From positions 1,664,001 through 1,728,000 of the forward strand of contig OY968796.1 of assembly GCA_963695545.1 (NCBI GenBank): a DNA stretch of 64,000 bases, in the 5' to 3' direction. Below the pieces are notes generated by a model. That model did not search any database and had not been told where the DNA came from. It worked only from the letters and a program-made list of their open reading frames with translations. Below, piece after piece: positions 50,115 through 60,386 of this stretch (within the stretch, counting starts at the first letter, position 1; each line of letters begins with the position of its first letter). The position numbers and the translations under genes are program-made. This stretch comes from Terriglobia bacterium (GTDB taxonomy: Bacteria; Acidobacteriota; Terriglobia; Acidiferrales; UBA7541).

Positions 50115-51182
50115 TCAAAATTTATCGACGTCGATGATCGCTTGGGCGAAATCCTTCGGAGCTTCTTGCGGCAGATTATGCCCTACGCCGCCGGTGATGA
50201 GGCGATACTCATACTTGCCCGAGAATTTATCGCGATACGCCGTGCTGGGCGCGTGGATTGCGCCGTTGGCGTCGCCTTCCATGGTGATCGTGGGCACGGT
50301 GATGGGAGGAAGCGCGGCCAGCCGCTTTTCCAGGTCGTCATATTTCCGCTCGCCGTCGGCCAGGCCAAGCCGCCAGCGATAGTCGTGCATCACGATGTCA
50401 ACGTGGTCGGGGTTGTTGAAGGACGCCGCGGTGCGCTCGTACGTGGCATCGTCGAAATTCCACTTTGGCGAAGCCTGGTGCCAGATGAACTTATTGAACT
50501 CGTCGAGGTATTTCGCGTAGCCGGCCTTGCCCACTGGGGTAGCGAAATAGTACTGATACCAAAACAGGAACGCGGGCTCGGGTGGCCACGGCGTCTGGTT
50601 GCCCGCCGGGGTGCTGATCAGATAGCCGCCGACGGAAACGATCGCTTTGCAGCGTTCCGGCCACAGCGTTGCCATGACGTCCACCGTGCGCGCGCCCCAG
50701 TCAAAGCCGGCGACGGTAGCTGTCTGGATCTTGAGCGCATCCATCAGAGCGATGATGTCGAGGGCCACGGCAGTCTGCTGGGCGTTCCGCATGGTGTCCG
50801 CGGAAAGAAAGGTCGTCGAGCCGTAGCCGCGCAGATACGGGACGATCACTCGGTAGCCTTTCGACGCCAGGATCGGCGCGACGTCGACGAAGCTGTAAAT
50901 GTCATACGGCCAGCCGTGCAGCAGCACGGCCGCCGGACCATCGCTCGGGCCGGCTTCGGCGTAGCCAATGTTCAGCAGGCCGGCGTTGATCTGCTTGATC
51001 GAATCGAACGATGCGTTCCCGGCCGGCGGACGCGCGGGAACGCCTGTCCGTTCTGCGTCGCTGGCTTCCGCTTTCGCAGAATCGCCGATGAGGAGCTTGG
51101 CGGCGGCAACCGACGCGGCCATCGTGCCCAAAAGACTGCGGCGACTACGGTTGATTTCTTCAGGCTTATCAATCGTGCTCAT
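50115..51182 (-). CDS. Alpha/beta hydrolase with Tat-like signal
   Basis: SRRSLLG, LLHGWP, GFDWGA, GHNLPQE. Confidence 0.9.
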   Translation of the reverse strand: MSTIDKPEEINRSRRSLLGTMAASVAAAKLLIGDSAKAEASDAERTGVPARPPAGNASFDSIKQINAGLLNIGYAEAGPSDGPAAVLLHGWPYDIYSFVDVAPILASKGYRVIVPYLRGYGSTTFLSADTMRNAQQTAVALDIIALMDALKIQTATVAGFDWGARTVDVMATLWPERCKAIVSVGGYLISTPAGNQTPWPPEPAFLFWYQYYFATPVGKAGYAKYLDEFNKFIWHQASPKWNFDDATYERTAASFNNPDHVDIVMHDYRWRLGLADGERKYDDLEKRLAALPPITVPTITMEGDANGAIHAPSTAYRDKFSGKYEYRLITGGVGHNLPQEAPKDFAQAIIDVDKF

Positions 51183-51271
51183 CTGCGTTTCTCCTTGAAT
51201 GGATTTGATCGCGCTCGTTTTCTAATCTCGTTGGTTTGCGGCCGCTCGCAGGACCGACGGAAACCATCGAT

Positions 51272-52621
51272 TTAGCGCAGTGTTCGGAACGCCGCTCGGA
51301 GCTCTTCAGAAAACAGCTTCGGCTGTTCCCAGGCCGCGAAGTGCCCGCCTACCGGGGGCCGGTTGTAATAAATCAGATGTGGATAGGCTTTCTCTGACCA
51401 GCTCTTCGGGGCTTGGTAAATTTCGTCTGGGAAGGCGCTCACGGCGACCGGGATGGTGACGTTCCTGACGTCGAAAAAGCCGCCCTTATATTCCCAATAG
51501 AGACGAGCCGACGAGACCGCGGTATTCGTAAGCCAGTAGAGCGAGACGTTTTCGAGGATGTCGTCTCGCGTCAGGCCTTCGGTCTGGCCGTCGAAGACGC
51601 GTGCGATCAGCGCGTAACTGGCGGAATCGTGATCCAGGATCCACGCCGCGAGACCCACCGGCGAATCCGCGATTCCGTATAGCGTCTGTGGGCGGTTGGC
51701 CATTTCGATGGCGTAGCCAAGGCCGTGCTTATAGAAAAAGGCCAGCTGGTTGTAAGCGCGCAGTTCGTCGGCTGAGAGATCGGGCGGCGGCGGCGCCCCG
51801 GCAAGCGCCGCCTTGTCGATGTCGGCTGGAACAGTGGCCGCCATGTTGGTATGGATTCCGAGCAATCCCGGAGGCGTCTTTAGAGCCAACAGCTCGGTGA
51901 CACAATTTCCCCAATCGCCGCCTTGGGCAACGTACTTCGAGTAGCCAAGCCGCTTCATCAGTACGATCCAGGCGCTTGCGATGCGGTCGGGGTCCCAGCC
52001 GGTCGCGGTCGGCTTGCCTGAAAATCCGTAGCCCGGCAGTGAAGGGATCACCACGTCGAAAGCATCCGATGCATTCCCGCCATATGCCGTTGGATCCGTC
52101 AGCGGCGCGATGACTTTCATTTGCTCGATGATTGAACCGGGCCAGCCGTGCGTGATGATCACCGGAAGTGCATTCGATTCCTTCGAACGCACATGAATGA
52201 AATGAATGTCCAAACCGTCGATGTTGGTTATGAACATCGGCAGGGCGTTCATCCTGGCCTCCACCTTTCGCCAGTCGTAATCGGTCTCCCAATAGTGCGC
52301 GAGCTTCTGCGTGGTCGCGAGCTGCACGCCTTGCGTCGCATCACTGACCAGTTCCCGCTCAGGCCATCGCGTTGCCGCGACGCGCCGGCGGAGATCGACG
52401 ATCTCCGGCTCCGGTACATGGACGTGGAACGGGCGGATGGTTTCGTCTCCAGCGGCTGCCTGTGGCTCGCTGGAGACGGCGCCAGTGACAGGGGCCTTTG
52501 CATCGGCGGACGGGCGGGTGTGGGCGTGACTAGGGTTGGCGAGCAGCGTGGCTCCAGCGGAAAGGCCTGCCATTTTCAAAAGATGGCGACGTGAAATCCC
52601 AAGCGACTCTGACTGTTTCAC
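51272..52621 (-). CDS. Epoxide hydrolase (microsomal EH-like) with Tat signal
   Basis: SRRHLLK, IRPF..DLRRR..TRWP, HGWPGS, QGGDWG, GGHFAAWEQP. Confidence 0.92.
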   Translation of the reverse strand: MKQSESLGISRRHLLKMAGLSAGATLLANPSHAHTRPSADAKAPVTGAVSSEPQAAAGDETIRPFHVHVPEPEIVDLRRRVAATRWPERELVSDATQGVQLATTQKLAHYWETDYDWRKVEARMNALPMFITNIDGLDIHFIHVRSKESNALPVIITHGWPGSIIEQMKVIAPLTDPTAYGGNASDAFDVVIPSLPGYGFSGKPTATGWDPDRIASAWIVLMKRLGYSKYVAQGGDWGNCVTELLALKTPPGLLGIHTNMAATVPADIDKAALAGAPPPPDLSADELRAYNQLAFFYKHGLGYAIEMANRPQTLYGIADSPVGLAAWILDHDSASYALIARVFDGQTEGLTRDDILENVSLYWLTNTAVSSARLYWEYKGGFFDVRNVTIPVAVSAFPDEIYQAPKSWSEKAYPHLIYYNRPPVGGHFAAWEQPKLFSEELRAAFRTLR

Positions 52622-52951
52622 CGTTATTCTCCCTTTGAATTGAAATGCTTTCTACGTGATCATGCAGCTCTCCGCAAAACCCCTCTTTGGTCCGATTTCC
52701 TTCATGATTTGTCCGCAAGCAAAGATCTGTCGTCTAAGTGAGGCGCACGTTGGCGGTCTGGACGCATAAAACGTGCTTCACCGTGCCGCAGAACGCCGCG
52801 AGGTCTTACATTATGCTCCCGTGGCAATGCTCCGGCTACGCTCTTTTCGACGCTTCACAAGAATTCCGAGGAAATCTGCGCGAGTGGGGCGGGCACGCGT
52901 GAGCCAGAACTGGGCCGAGACCTGAGTAAAACAATGAAACGTAGGTGCGCG

Positions 52952-55900
52952 CTAGGCGCGAGTGTCAGCGGGGATCGCGGCTTCCACGAGAGGATTCGGC
53001 ATACTCCGCAAGCGGTCGACAAACAAGCGCACAAGCTCGGCGTCGAATTGTGTTCCGGCGCAGCGCTCGAGCTCCGCTATGGCTTCTTCGGGCGCGCGGC
53101 CCTTCTTGTACGTGCGGTCTGAAGTGATCGTGTCGTAGGCATCGGCGATGGCCACGATGCGCGATCCGAGCGGTATTTCCGAGCCGGTGATGCCGTCGGG
53201 ATAGCCGGAGCCGTCGAAATATTCGTGATGGTGGCCGACGATCTTGCGGATGCGCGCGATGGCGCGCAGCGGCTCAAGAATCTTGGACCCAAACAAAACG
53301 TGCTGCTTCATGGTTTCCCACTCTTCGGCGTTGAGTGGGCCGCTCTTGTTCAAAATGTTTTCAGGAATTCCGACTTTGCCGATATCGTGCAGCAGCGCGC
53401 CCAAACGGATTTCCTCGGTTTCGACGTCGGTCATGGCCAGCGCCTCGCAAAGCAGCGCGGCGTAGGCGGCCACTTTCAGGGAGTGGCCTTGCGTGTAGTG
53501 ATCCTTGGCGTCGATCGCGAGAGCCAGAGAGGTCACTGTATCCAGCACGGCCGGCGGTAGCGCCGCCAGACCCTGCGCCTCCGCATCCGCTCCATCGCCG
53601 TTCTGGTGTGGCGCTGCCTCGGCGCCGTTGGGCGCACCGGCAACCAGCGATTGCGAAAAATGATCCAGGCGCTGGCAAATCTCCTCGAAAGCTTCCGGGC
53701 CGGTCGAAAACAAACGCTTGAGGGTGACGCCCAGATAGGCTTCGAGCACGTCGTGCTTCCACTGCCGGGTTTCGTCCGGATTGCAGGAGTCCGCAGTGGA
53801 CACCGTGTTGCCGCCCTGATGCTTCGAGAGATACATCGAAGCGTCGGCGACCTGGATCAGTTCCTGCGGCGTCGAGCCGTGCTGTGGGAAGCTGGCGATG
53901 CCGAAGCTGGCGGTGATGCTCTTTTCGCGCAGCAGCGGATCGGTGCCGATCCACGAGCACAATTTCGTCGAGAGCTGCCGGCCCTGTTCAATGTTCGTTT
54001 CCGGCATCAACACCACGAATTCGTCTCCGCCGTAGCGCGCCACCACGTCCGAGCGCCGGCAATTCTGTTCGAGGATGCTCCCGACGCGCTGCAGCACCAG
54101 GTCGCCTTCCAGGTGGCCGTGGCTGTCATTGACCATCTTGAATCCATCGAGGTCCAGCAGCAGCAGCGAGAACGGCCGCCCCGCGCGCGTAGCGCGCTTC
54201 CATTCGGCGGAGAGCGCCTCCATGAAGAAGCGGTGCGTCTTTACGCCCGTAAGGCCGTCCGTGATGGCTTGCTCTTTCGTCTTCTGGAACGTCACGGCGT
54301 TGTGCAGCGCGCCGGAGATCAGGTCGGCGAGCGTGCGCAGGAAGCGCTGCTCTTCTTCGTCGAATTCGCACGGCTCGCTCGATTCGACGTAAAGCACGCC
54401 GTGAAGTTGGTCGGCGTACGCCAGCGGCAGCGCGATGGCCGATACGGTTCCTTCGAGCACGGTGGTTCCCGGCGCGTCAGGCGCGGCCGCGTCCTTCACC
54501 ACCAACATTTGCCCCGCGCGCGCCACTTGTCCCACCAGACTGCCGTTGAGCGGCAGGCGCATTCCGAGCGCTCCGTGCCGGCGCCCGGCTTCCGCGGATA
54601 TCTGCACTTCGCGCGCCGAATAATCCAACAGGCCGATGCCGATGTGGTCGTAATTCAGGCCGTCTTGCAGCTCGCCGGAAATCTTTGCGAGCACTTCGTC
54701 CAGATTCAGCGTGGTGATGATGTTCTGCGAGATCTGATTCAACAGCGTCAGGTGGCGCGATTTCGATTGCTCTTCACGGAATAGCCGCGCGTTTTCGATG
54801 GCCACCGCTGCCTGGCTGGCCAAGCCGCGCATCAGTTCCAGGTGATCGGCGTCGAACGCGCGCTCTTCCGAGCTCAGCGCGACCATCACCGCGATGGCTC
54901 GCCCGTAGAGCACCAGCGGCGCCCCGCAGTAGCAACCCATTGGGCCGAGCGGCACAAGTCCCAGTCGGCGCACCTCCGCGGCGAAATTCTCGCGGATTAA
55001 TATCGGCTGGCAGGTGCGCAGCATGTATTCCGCCACGTGGTTTCCCGCGGGCCGCGAGCGTTTCGGCAAGCGCTCTCCGTTTGCGATTTCGAGTTCGTAG
55101 CGAATTGCGCCGCGCGGTTCGTCGTACATCGCGATGAAAAAGTCGTCCGCATTCAGCAGGCGCTTCATCTCCGAATAAATTTTTTCAAACAGCGCTTCCG
55201 TGTCCAGTGTCGAGCTCAGCGCCCGGCCGATCTCGTTCAGCGCGCGCAACTCATCGGTACGCCGCGCCGTTTGCTGCACCAGATAACTATTCTCCACCGC
55301 CATCCCGATCTGGTGCCCCAGCGCCAGCAATAGCCGCAGTTCCGGCGGCGTGAAGCGCCGCGTGTCCGGCGTGCTCAGCAGTAGCAACCCGAACGCATTC
55401 GCTTTGGTCTGCAAGCTGATGCCCACCACCGAGCGCACGCCATGCTGCAGCGCCAGTTGCCGGAAGCGCCGGAACGCGTCCTCGCGCTCGAGCGCCGCCC
55501 AGGAAGCGTCGCGCCCCAAATCGCGGAACACCGCGAGCCCGCCCAATCGCGAAACCAGTTCCACCAGCCGGTCGTCGAGCCCGCCCTCTTGCGCCGCCGC
55601 GCAGAACGATTCGCTGAGGCCCGTCGCGATCACCGAAGTCGGCCCATTCGGATCGCCGTGGTGCAGAAAAAATGCGCCGGCCGGAATGCGCGCCACGTTC
55701 AGAATTCGCTCCAGCGCCTGCCCCAGCATTTTCTGAATTTCTCCGCCGGTGAATCCCGACGTCGCCAGATTCAAATTCGAGAGCGCCAGCATGTTCCGTT
55801 CGACGCGCCTCTTTTCTTCCTCGTACGCGGCCATGATCATCAGCACCGCGCCAAACAGTTCCGGAATCAGCTCGAGCAACCGCAGGTCGCGCCCTTCCGG

Positions 55901-56407
55901 CGTTGCCGGCCCGGCCAGGTGCGTGGCCACCAGCATGCCGCCCCACAGCACGAAGGCCAGCGAAAGCAGCAGGTCGCTCATCGTGTCCTGCTCGCGGCTT
56001 TCCCGCCACAGCACCACGCCCACGGCCACGAAGATCACGGCGATTCCGTAAACTGGCGAAATCGCGATGGCTTTTGTTTGGTAGGCAATCACCCACGCCG
56101 CGCACAACGCCGCAGTCGCCAGCAGCGTGCGCGTCCACGGCCGCTGTTTCGCGTAGAGTTGCGCCGCGCAGAAAAACAGCAGCCCCGCGCCCGCCAGCAG
56201 CCATTGGTTAATCGCCGCTTGCCAGGGCGCCACGATCATCCAGGTCTCAAGCGCCGGGCTTAAATCGTGCAGCGCCACGAAGCCCCACGCCCCGGCCCAG
56301 AACAGCAAATATTGCTGCCGCTTCATGTCGTGGATGTAGGAGAACAATCCGGCCGCGAACGCGCCTGTGATGAACAGCCCTATCGCAACGATGGGATCGT
56401 GTGTCAT
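52952..56407 (-). CDS. Membrane GAF-GAF-GAF-GGDEF-HD-GYP c-di-GMP enzyme
   Basis: About 7 TM; three GAF repeats; DGLTG, RRSD I-site, RYGGDEF; HDIGK, HHE..DGSGYP, DAYD. Confidence 0.93.
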   Translation of the reverse strand: MTHDPIVAIGLFITGAFAAGLFSYIHDMKRQQYLLFWAGAWGFVALHDLSPALETWMIVAPWQAAINQWLLAGAGLLFFCAAQLYAKQRPWTRTLLATAALCAAWVIAYQTKAIAISPVYGIAVIFVAVGVVLWRESREQDTMSDLLLSLAFVLWGGMLVATHLAGPATPEGRDLRLLELIPELFGAVLMIMAAYEEEKRRVERNMLALSNLNLATSGFTGGEIQKMLGQALERILNVARIPAGAFFLHHGDPNGPTSVIATGLSESFCAAAQEGGLDDRLVELVSRLGGLAVFRDLGRDASWAALEREDAFRRFRQLALQHGVRSVVGISLQTKANAFGLLLLSTPDTRRFTPPELRLLLALGHQIGMAVENSYLVQQTARRTDELRALNEIGRALSSTLDTEALFEKIYSEMKRLLNADDFFIAMYDEPRGAIRYELEIANGERLPKRSRPAGNHVAEYMLRTCQPILIRENFAAEVRRLGLVPLGPMGCYCGAPLVLYGRAIAVMVALSSEERAFDADHLELMRGLASQAAVAIENARLFREEQSKSRHLTLLNQISQNIITTLNLDEVLAKISGELQDGLNYDHIGIGLLDYSAREVQISAEAGRRHGALGMRLPLNGSLVGQVARAGQMLVVKDAAAPDAPGTTVLEGTVSAIALPLAYADQLHGVLYVESSEPCEFDEEEQRFLRTLADLISGALHNAVTFQKTKEQAITDGLTGVKTHRFFMEALSAEWKRATRAGRPFSLLLLDLDGFKMVNDSHGHLEGDLVLQRVGSILEQNCRRSDVVARYGGDEFVVLMPETNIEQGRQLSTKLCSWIGTDPLLREKSITASFGIASFPQHGSTPQELIQVADASMYLSKHQGGNTVSTADSCNPDETRQWKHDVLEAYLGVTLKRLFSTGPEAFEEICQRLDHFSQSLVAGAPNGAEAAPHQNGDGADAEAQGLAALPPAVLDTVTSLALAIDAKDHYTQGHSLKVAAYAALLCEALAMTDVETEEIRLGALLHDIGKVGIPENILNKSGPLNAEEWETMKQHVLFGSKILEPLRAIARIRKIVGHHHEYFDGSGYPDGITGSEIPLGSRIVAIADAYDTITSDRTYKKGRAPEEAIAELERCAGTQFDAELVRLFVDRLRSMPNPLVEAAIPADTRA

Positions 56408-56767
56408 CTCAACCGGCAATCCACTTCCTGGCGGGAGCCAGACCAAGCGCACTCTTCCTTACGCCGCCGGAGTACGGGGCGGGGTGCCGTGGACCGGTTT
56501 GCGGTGCGCTCGACATGTACTGTGGTTCGGCAGAGGCTGACAGTCGCGGGGTGCGCTTCTCCCCGCTCAATTCGCCGTGTCAATACTTCTGCACTATCCC
56601 ACGACTATAATCTCCGCATTTTTTGGGGGTCAAGGGTACGGGAGTACCCCCTAAGAACATTTGCACAAATTGTCTCAAACGGCACAGACCTCGCCCGGCT
56701 CGCCTTTCGGCAGCCCTTCGGCTAAAATAACTTGCTTCTCACTCGCGCTACAAATTGACCCGAGCCC

Positions 56768-58285
56768 GTGTCCTCTGCCTCCACCATATCATCCGGCATC
56801 CCATCCGCCACGCGAGTGCGTTTCGCTCCGTCGCCTACTGGTTATTTGCATGTAGGCGGCGCTAGAACGGCCCTGTTTAACTGGCTTTTTGCGCGTTCCA
56901 CGGGCGGCGCCTTCATCCTGCGCATCGAGGATACTGACGCCGAACGCAATCGCCCCGAACTGGTCGACGGCATCCTCGACGCACTGAAATGGCTGGAGCT
57001 CGATTGGGATGAAGGCCCCATCCACCAATCGGCGCGCTTCGCCCTTTACGCCGCCGCCGTGGAAAAGCTTCTGGCGTCGGGCGCTGCTTACTACTGCAAT
57101 TGTCCCCCGGAAAAATATGCCGGTGGTGACGCCGCCGAGCCTGGCGATCCTGCCGCGCCAAGCGCCCCGCGCCGCGTGGTGCGCTGCGCATGCCGCGAGC
57201 GGCCCGGCGCCGAATCCCTCGAAAATTCCGCCGTGCGTTTCCGCGTGCCCCTCGGCCAAACCACGCATTTCGACGACGCCGTCTTCGGCCCGCGCGAAGT
57301 CTCCAACGACGAAATCGAAGATTTCGTCCTGCTGCGCTCGCCGCGCCCCGGCCAGCCTCAATGTTTACCGACTTATCAACTCGCCGCCGTCGTTGACGAC
57401 GTCGATATGCGCATCACCCACGTGATCCGCGGCGCTGACCATCTCTCGAACACTCCCAAGCAAGTGCTGCTCTATCGCGCGCTCGGCGCGGCCGTGCCCA
57501 TCTTCGCTCACGTGCCGCTGATTCTCGGACCCGACCGCACGCGTCTCTCGAAGCGCCACGGCGCCACCAGCGTCGGCTCCTATCGCGACGAAGGTTTTCT
57601 CTCCGAAGCCTTCGCCAATTTCCTGGCCCTGCTCGGCTGGTCTCCCGGCGACGATTCCGAATTTCTGCGCACCGCCGATCTGCTCGCCCGTTTTTCACTC
57701 GCGGGCGTCAGCCGCACCAACGCCGTCTTCGATCGCCCCAAGCTTGAATGGTTCAATCAGCAGTATCTGCAAAAATTGCCCATCGAAGAATTGCTGCCCA
57801 TCGTCGAAGCCGAATTGCGGCGTGCTGGAATCTGGCGGGATGAATGGGCCGCCGGCGCCGGCCGCGAATGGTTCGCGCGCGCCGTGGATTTGCTTCGCCC
57901 GCGCACGCGCCTGCTCCCGAATTTTTCCGTCTGGGCCCGCGCGTTTTTCAGCGACGATTTCGAGTTCGATCCCGCCGCCTGCGCGAAATTCTGGAAAGAT
58001 CAGCGCGTCCCCGCCCTGCTCGCGCGCCTGGCCGACGCCCTCGCCGCGCTCCCCGAATGGAACCACGACGCCTGCGACGCCGCTCTCCGCCAACTAGCCG
58101 AATCCGAATCCATAAAAGCCGGCCTCCTGATCAACGCCGCCCGCGTCTCCATCGTCGGCCAAGCCGTCGCCCCCCCGCTCTTCGAGACCATGGTAATAAT
58201 CGGCCAGCCCAAAATAGTAGCCCGCCTGCGCCGTTCGCTCCCCGCTGCGACTGCCTCAGTCGCCGCAGCTGACCAACCGTCCTGA
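56768..58285 (+). CDS. gltX: Glutamate--tRNA ligase
   Basis: RVRFAPSPTGYLHVGG, LRIEDTD, HVIRGADH, LSKRHG. Confidence 0.96.
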   Translation: MSSASTISSGIPSATRVRFAPSPTGYLHVGGARTALFNWLFARSTGGAFILRIEDTDAERNRPELVDGILDALKWLELDWDEGPIHQSARFALYAAAVEKLLASGAAYYCNCPPEKYAGGDAAEPGDPAAPSAPRRVVRCACRERPGAESLENSAVRFRVPLGQTTHFDDAVFGPREVSNDEIEDFVLLRSPRPGQPQCLPTYQLAAVVDDVDMRITHVIRGADHLSNTPKQVLLYRALGAAVPIFAHVPLILGPDRTRLSKRHGATSVGSYRDEGFLSEAFANFLALLGWSPGDDSEFLRTADLLARFSLAGVSRTNAVFDRPKLEWFNQQYLQKLPIEELLPIVEAELRRAGIWRDEWAAGAGREWFARAVDLLRPRTRLLPNFSVWARAFFSDDFEFDPAACAKFWKDQRVPALLARLADALAALPEWNHDACDAALRQLAESESIKAGLLINAARVSIVGQAVAPPLFETMVIIGQPKIVARLRRSLPAATASVAAADQPS

Positions 58286-58296
58286 CCCCCAGGTTG

Positions 58297-58559
58297 GTCA
58301 TCCCGAGCGAGCGCAGCGACGAGGGACCTCTCTGTCGATTCTGTTTTTCTCCGTGGCATTTGCAGTTGTTTCGCAGTTGAATCTGTAGCGGCGGAGTTCA
58401 TCTCCGCCCGCTTTCAGCTGTTGCCTTTCCGCATTTCGTAGCGGAGGCCTTCAGGCCCCCATCTGTCACCTTCGCTCTTCTCCGTCGGTCTTGTTTTTCT
58501 CCGTCGCCCCTGCCTTTGCCCTCAACGTTGTCATCCCGACCTAAGCGGAGGGACCTCTC
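58297..58559 (+). repeat. REP-like cluster: two GTCATCCCGA...GAGGGACCT units and two GTAG-led hairpins
   Basis: 58297-58332 and 58530-58559; GTAGCGGCGGAGTTCATCTCCGCC (~58385) and GTAGCGGAGGCCTTCAGGCC (~58438); between convergent genes. Confidence 0.75.
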
Positions 58560-58572
58560 CGTGGCGTTCGCC

Positions 58573-58902
58573 TTAAACGGTAATCCCTCTCCCCAACTGC
58601 TGCGTCAAAATCCTCCCCATCACTTCCCTCAAATTCTCATCCGTCTTTTCCAGCTTGAACGCCCCGTCCGTCTGCGACCATGCCAGCTTGAAACTCGTAT
58701 CCAGCGCAGAAATCCAAATCTGCCGCGCCGCCGTGTTCGGACTGATCACAAACCGCACTTCCTCCGGCTCCTCAAACAACAACTCGAGCCTCTCCCCGCT
58801 CCCCTCAACCTCAAATCCATGCTCATCCCCCAACTCGAGCAACCGTTTCTTCAGCGTTACCAACTCCGCGTCCGCTTTCCTCCGAAAGTCCTGTTCGTCC
58901 AT
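58573..58902 (-). CDS. cyaY: Frataxin/CyaY-like iron donor
   Basis: MDEQDFRRKAD..LELLFE..FVISPN.AARQIWISA. Confidence 0.85.
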   Translation of the reverse strand: MDEQDFRRKADAELVTLKKRLLELGDEHGFEVEGSGERLELLFEEPEEVRFVISPNTAARQIWISALDTSFKLAWSQTDGAFKLEKTDENLREVMGRILTQQLGRGITV

Positions 58903-58995
58903 GCGTCTCTCCCTCTTTTTTTCTGGCGCGCTCGAAGTACAGCCCGCACCCCGCCATTATCGCAGTTTCTTCCGCCCTCGATTGCGCGGCGTTAT

Positions 58996-59382
58996 CTAGG
59001 CGCGCCCAGCGGTTCGATTCCGGCTGGCTCTTCGCGCGATAATTTTTCTCCTCGGGCCCACAGCCGCTTTCTTTTTTTGCAGATAGTGCGTCAGACTCAC
59101 CGTACGGTCCGGCAGCACCGCGTGCACCTCGATCCTGCCGCCCAGGGCCTCGACATAGTCGCCCAGTGTGTGGATCAGCATGTGCGGCCGCTTTTCCAGG
59201 CGCGAGACCGCCGCCTGTGTGGTCTTGAGCTTCCGCGCGAGCGCGACTTGCGTAACCCGCAACGCTTCACGCAGATCGCGCAACTCCATCTCCGCCAGGT
59301 CGCGCATGGCCAGCGCATGCGCACGGGCCTGCTGCCGCTTGGTCATCGTCTGATTCTTAATCTCACGCCAACTCGTTCGCAC
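58996..59382 (-). CDS. higA: XRE-family antitoxin (HigA-like)
   Basis: LRDLREALRVTQVALA..TTQAAVSRLEKR..YVEALGG; downstream of toxin. Confidence 0.88.
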   Translation of the reverse strand: MRTSWREIKNQTMTKRQQARAHALAMRDLAEMELRDLREALRVTQVALARKLKTTQAAVSRLEKRPHMLIHTLGDYVEALGGRIEVHAVLPDRTVSLTHYLQKKKAAVGPRRKIIARRASRNRTAGRA

Positions 59383-59420
59383 GGTCCCCTCCCAGGGTTC
59401 TTCCCAAAAAGCTGCCACTC

Positions 59421-59777
59421 CTAAATCAATCCCTCTTCTTTCAGTTCTTCGAGATACCGTTCATAAATCTTGTCCGCGGCAATCACGGCCGTCTTGTACC
59501 ACTTCTTATCCGCCTTGCGTCCGCCGAGCAGCAGGATTCCCACTCTCCGGGGATCGAACGCGAAAGGAATCCGGTAGGCGTCGCCCGCGTGCTGCACAAT
59601 CAATTCCTTCATGTTCGGATAGCGCGAGCCCTTGAGTTGGTCCGCATCCGGCCTGCCGAGCCTCGGGCCCACCTGCTCCAGAAGATCGACCTTGCGCGCG
59701 ACCGAGATCCGCTCGGCGCCCCTCAGGCCGCGAAACCATTTCTGGAATTCGTCGCTGCCTTCGATCTCCCATGCCAT
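59421..59777 (-). CDS. higB: RelE/ParE-superfamily toxin (HigB/Gp49-like)
   Basis: EFQKWF..GPRLGRP.AD.LKGSRYPNMKEL..YRI.FAFDPRR.GILLLGG.K. Confidence 0.9.
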   Translation of the reverse strand: MAWEIEGSDEFQKWFRGLRGAERISVARKVDLLEQVGPRLGRPDADQLKGSRYPNMKELIVQHAGDAYRIPFAFDPRRVGILLLGGRKADKKWYKTAVIAADKIYERYLEELKEEGLI

Positions 59778-59779
59778 GC

Positions 59780-59813
59780 GTGTAATATTACACTGAGGGC
59801 ATATTCTCGTCAA
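59780..59813 (-). promoter_or_regulatory. TA promoter TTGACG-17-TAATAT with palindromic operator GTGTAATATTACAC
   Basis: Perfect 14-bp palindrome at 59780-59793 overlapping the -10 box. Confidence 0.75.
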
Positions 59814-60043
59814 GCGCCATCGAGCATGCGACGCGGCAGTGGCCTTATGTGGCGCCAGCCTTCAGGCTGGCCCGCTCCCCTCGGGACGCCCGCCAGCTTT
59901 TTCCGCCCCCTGTGGATATCATTTCGAATACTTAAATAGTAATTGACAGTGATTAGCACTTCTGTTAAGCTTCTGCATGTTCGCCCACAATCCATTCGAA
60001 TCGTTGCCCAGCCTCACTTTTCCCGGCCTCGCCCCGGCATTCG

Positions 60044-60250
60044 CGCGCTCCCGTATGCACACGAAGCCGCTTTTTTCGCCCCAACAAGCTCTTTCGTTTC
60101 AATCGAATCCGCACTCTTTCAAAAGAGTGCGCATCTCATTGAAAAAAGACGATATCAACGTGCCTGTTTTCACACTCATCCGCACTCTTTCCCTGCATTC
60201 CCTTTGCAATCATCATTTTACGTATTTGGTACGGGGGGTATATAGGGGTC
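60044..60250 (+). repeat. Dispersed ~200-bp repeat, copy 2
   Basis: Shares core with 45350-45548; contains palindrome GCACTCTTT-CA-AAAGAGTGC (60111-60130). Confidence 0.7.
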
Positions 60251-60386
60251 GCTCTCGATCCGCTTCTATCTTAAAGGCCGGAGCCTGTCCCGACCCTGTC
60301 GGGAAGCCTCCATCTTTGCCTCTGCATGCTACAATTCGCGCGCCGGGAAAACCATTTGGCAGGTTCCTCGCGTGGAGTATTCCGAC

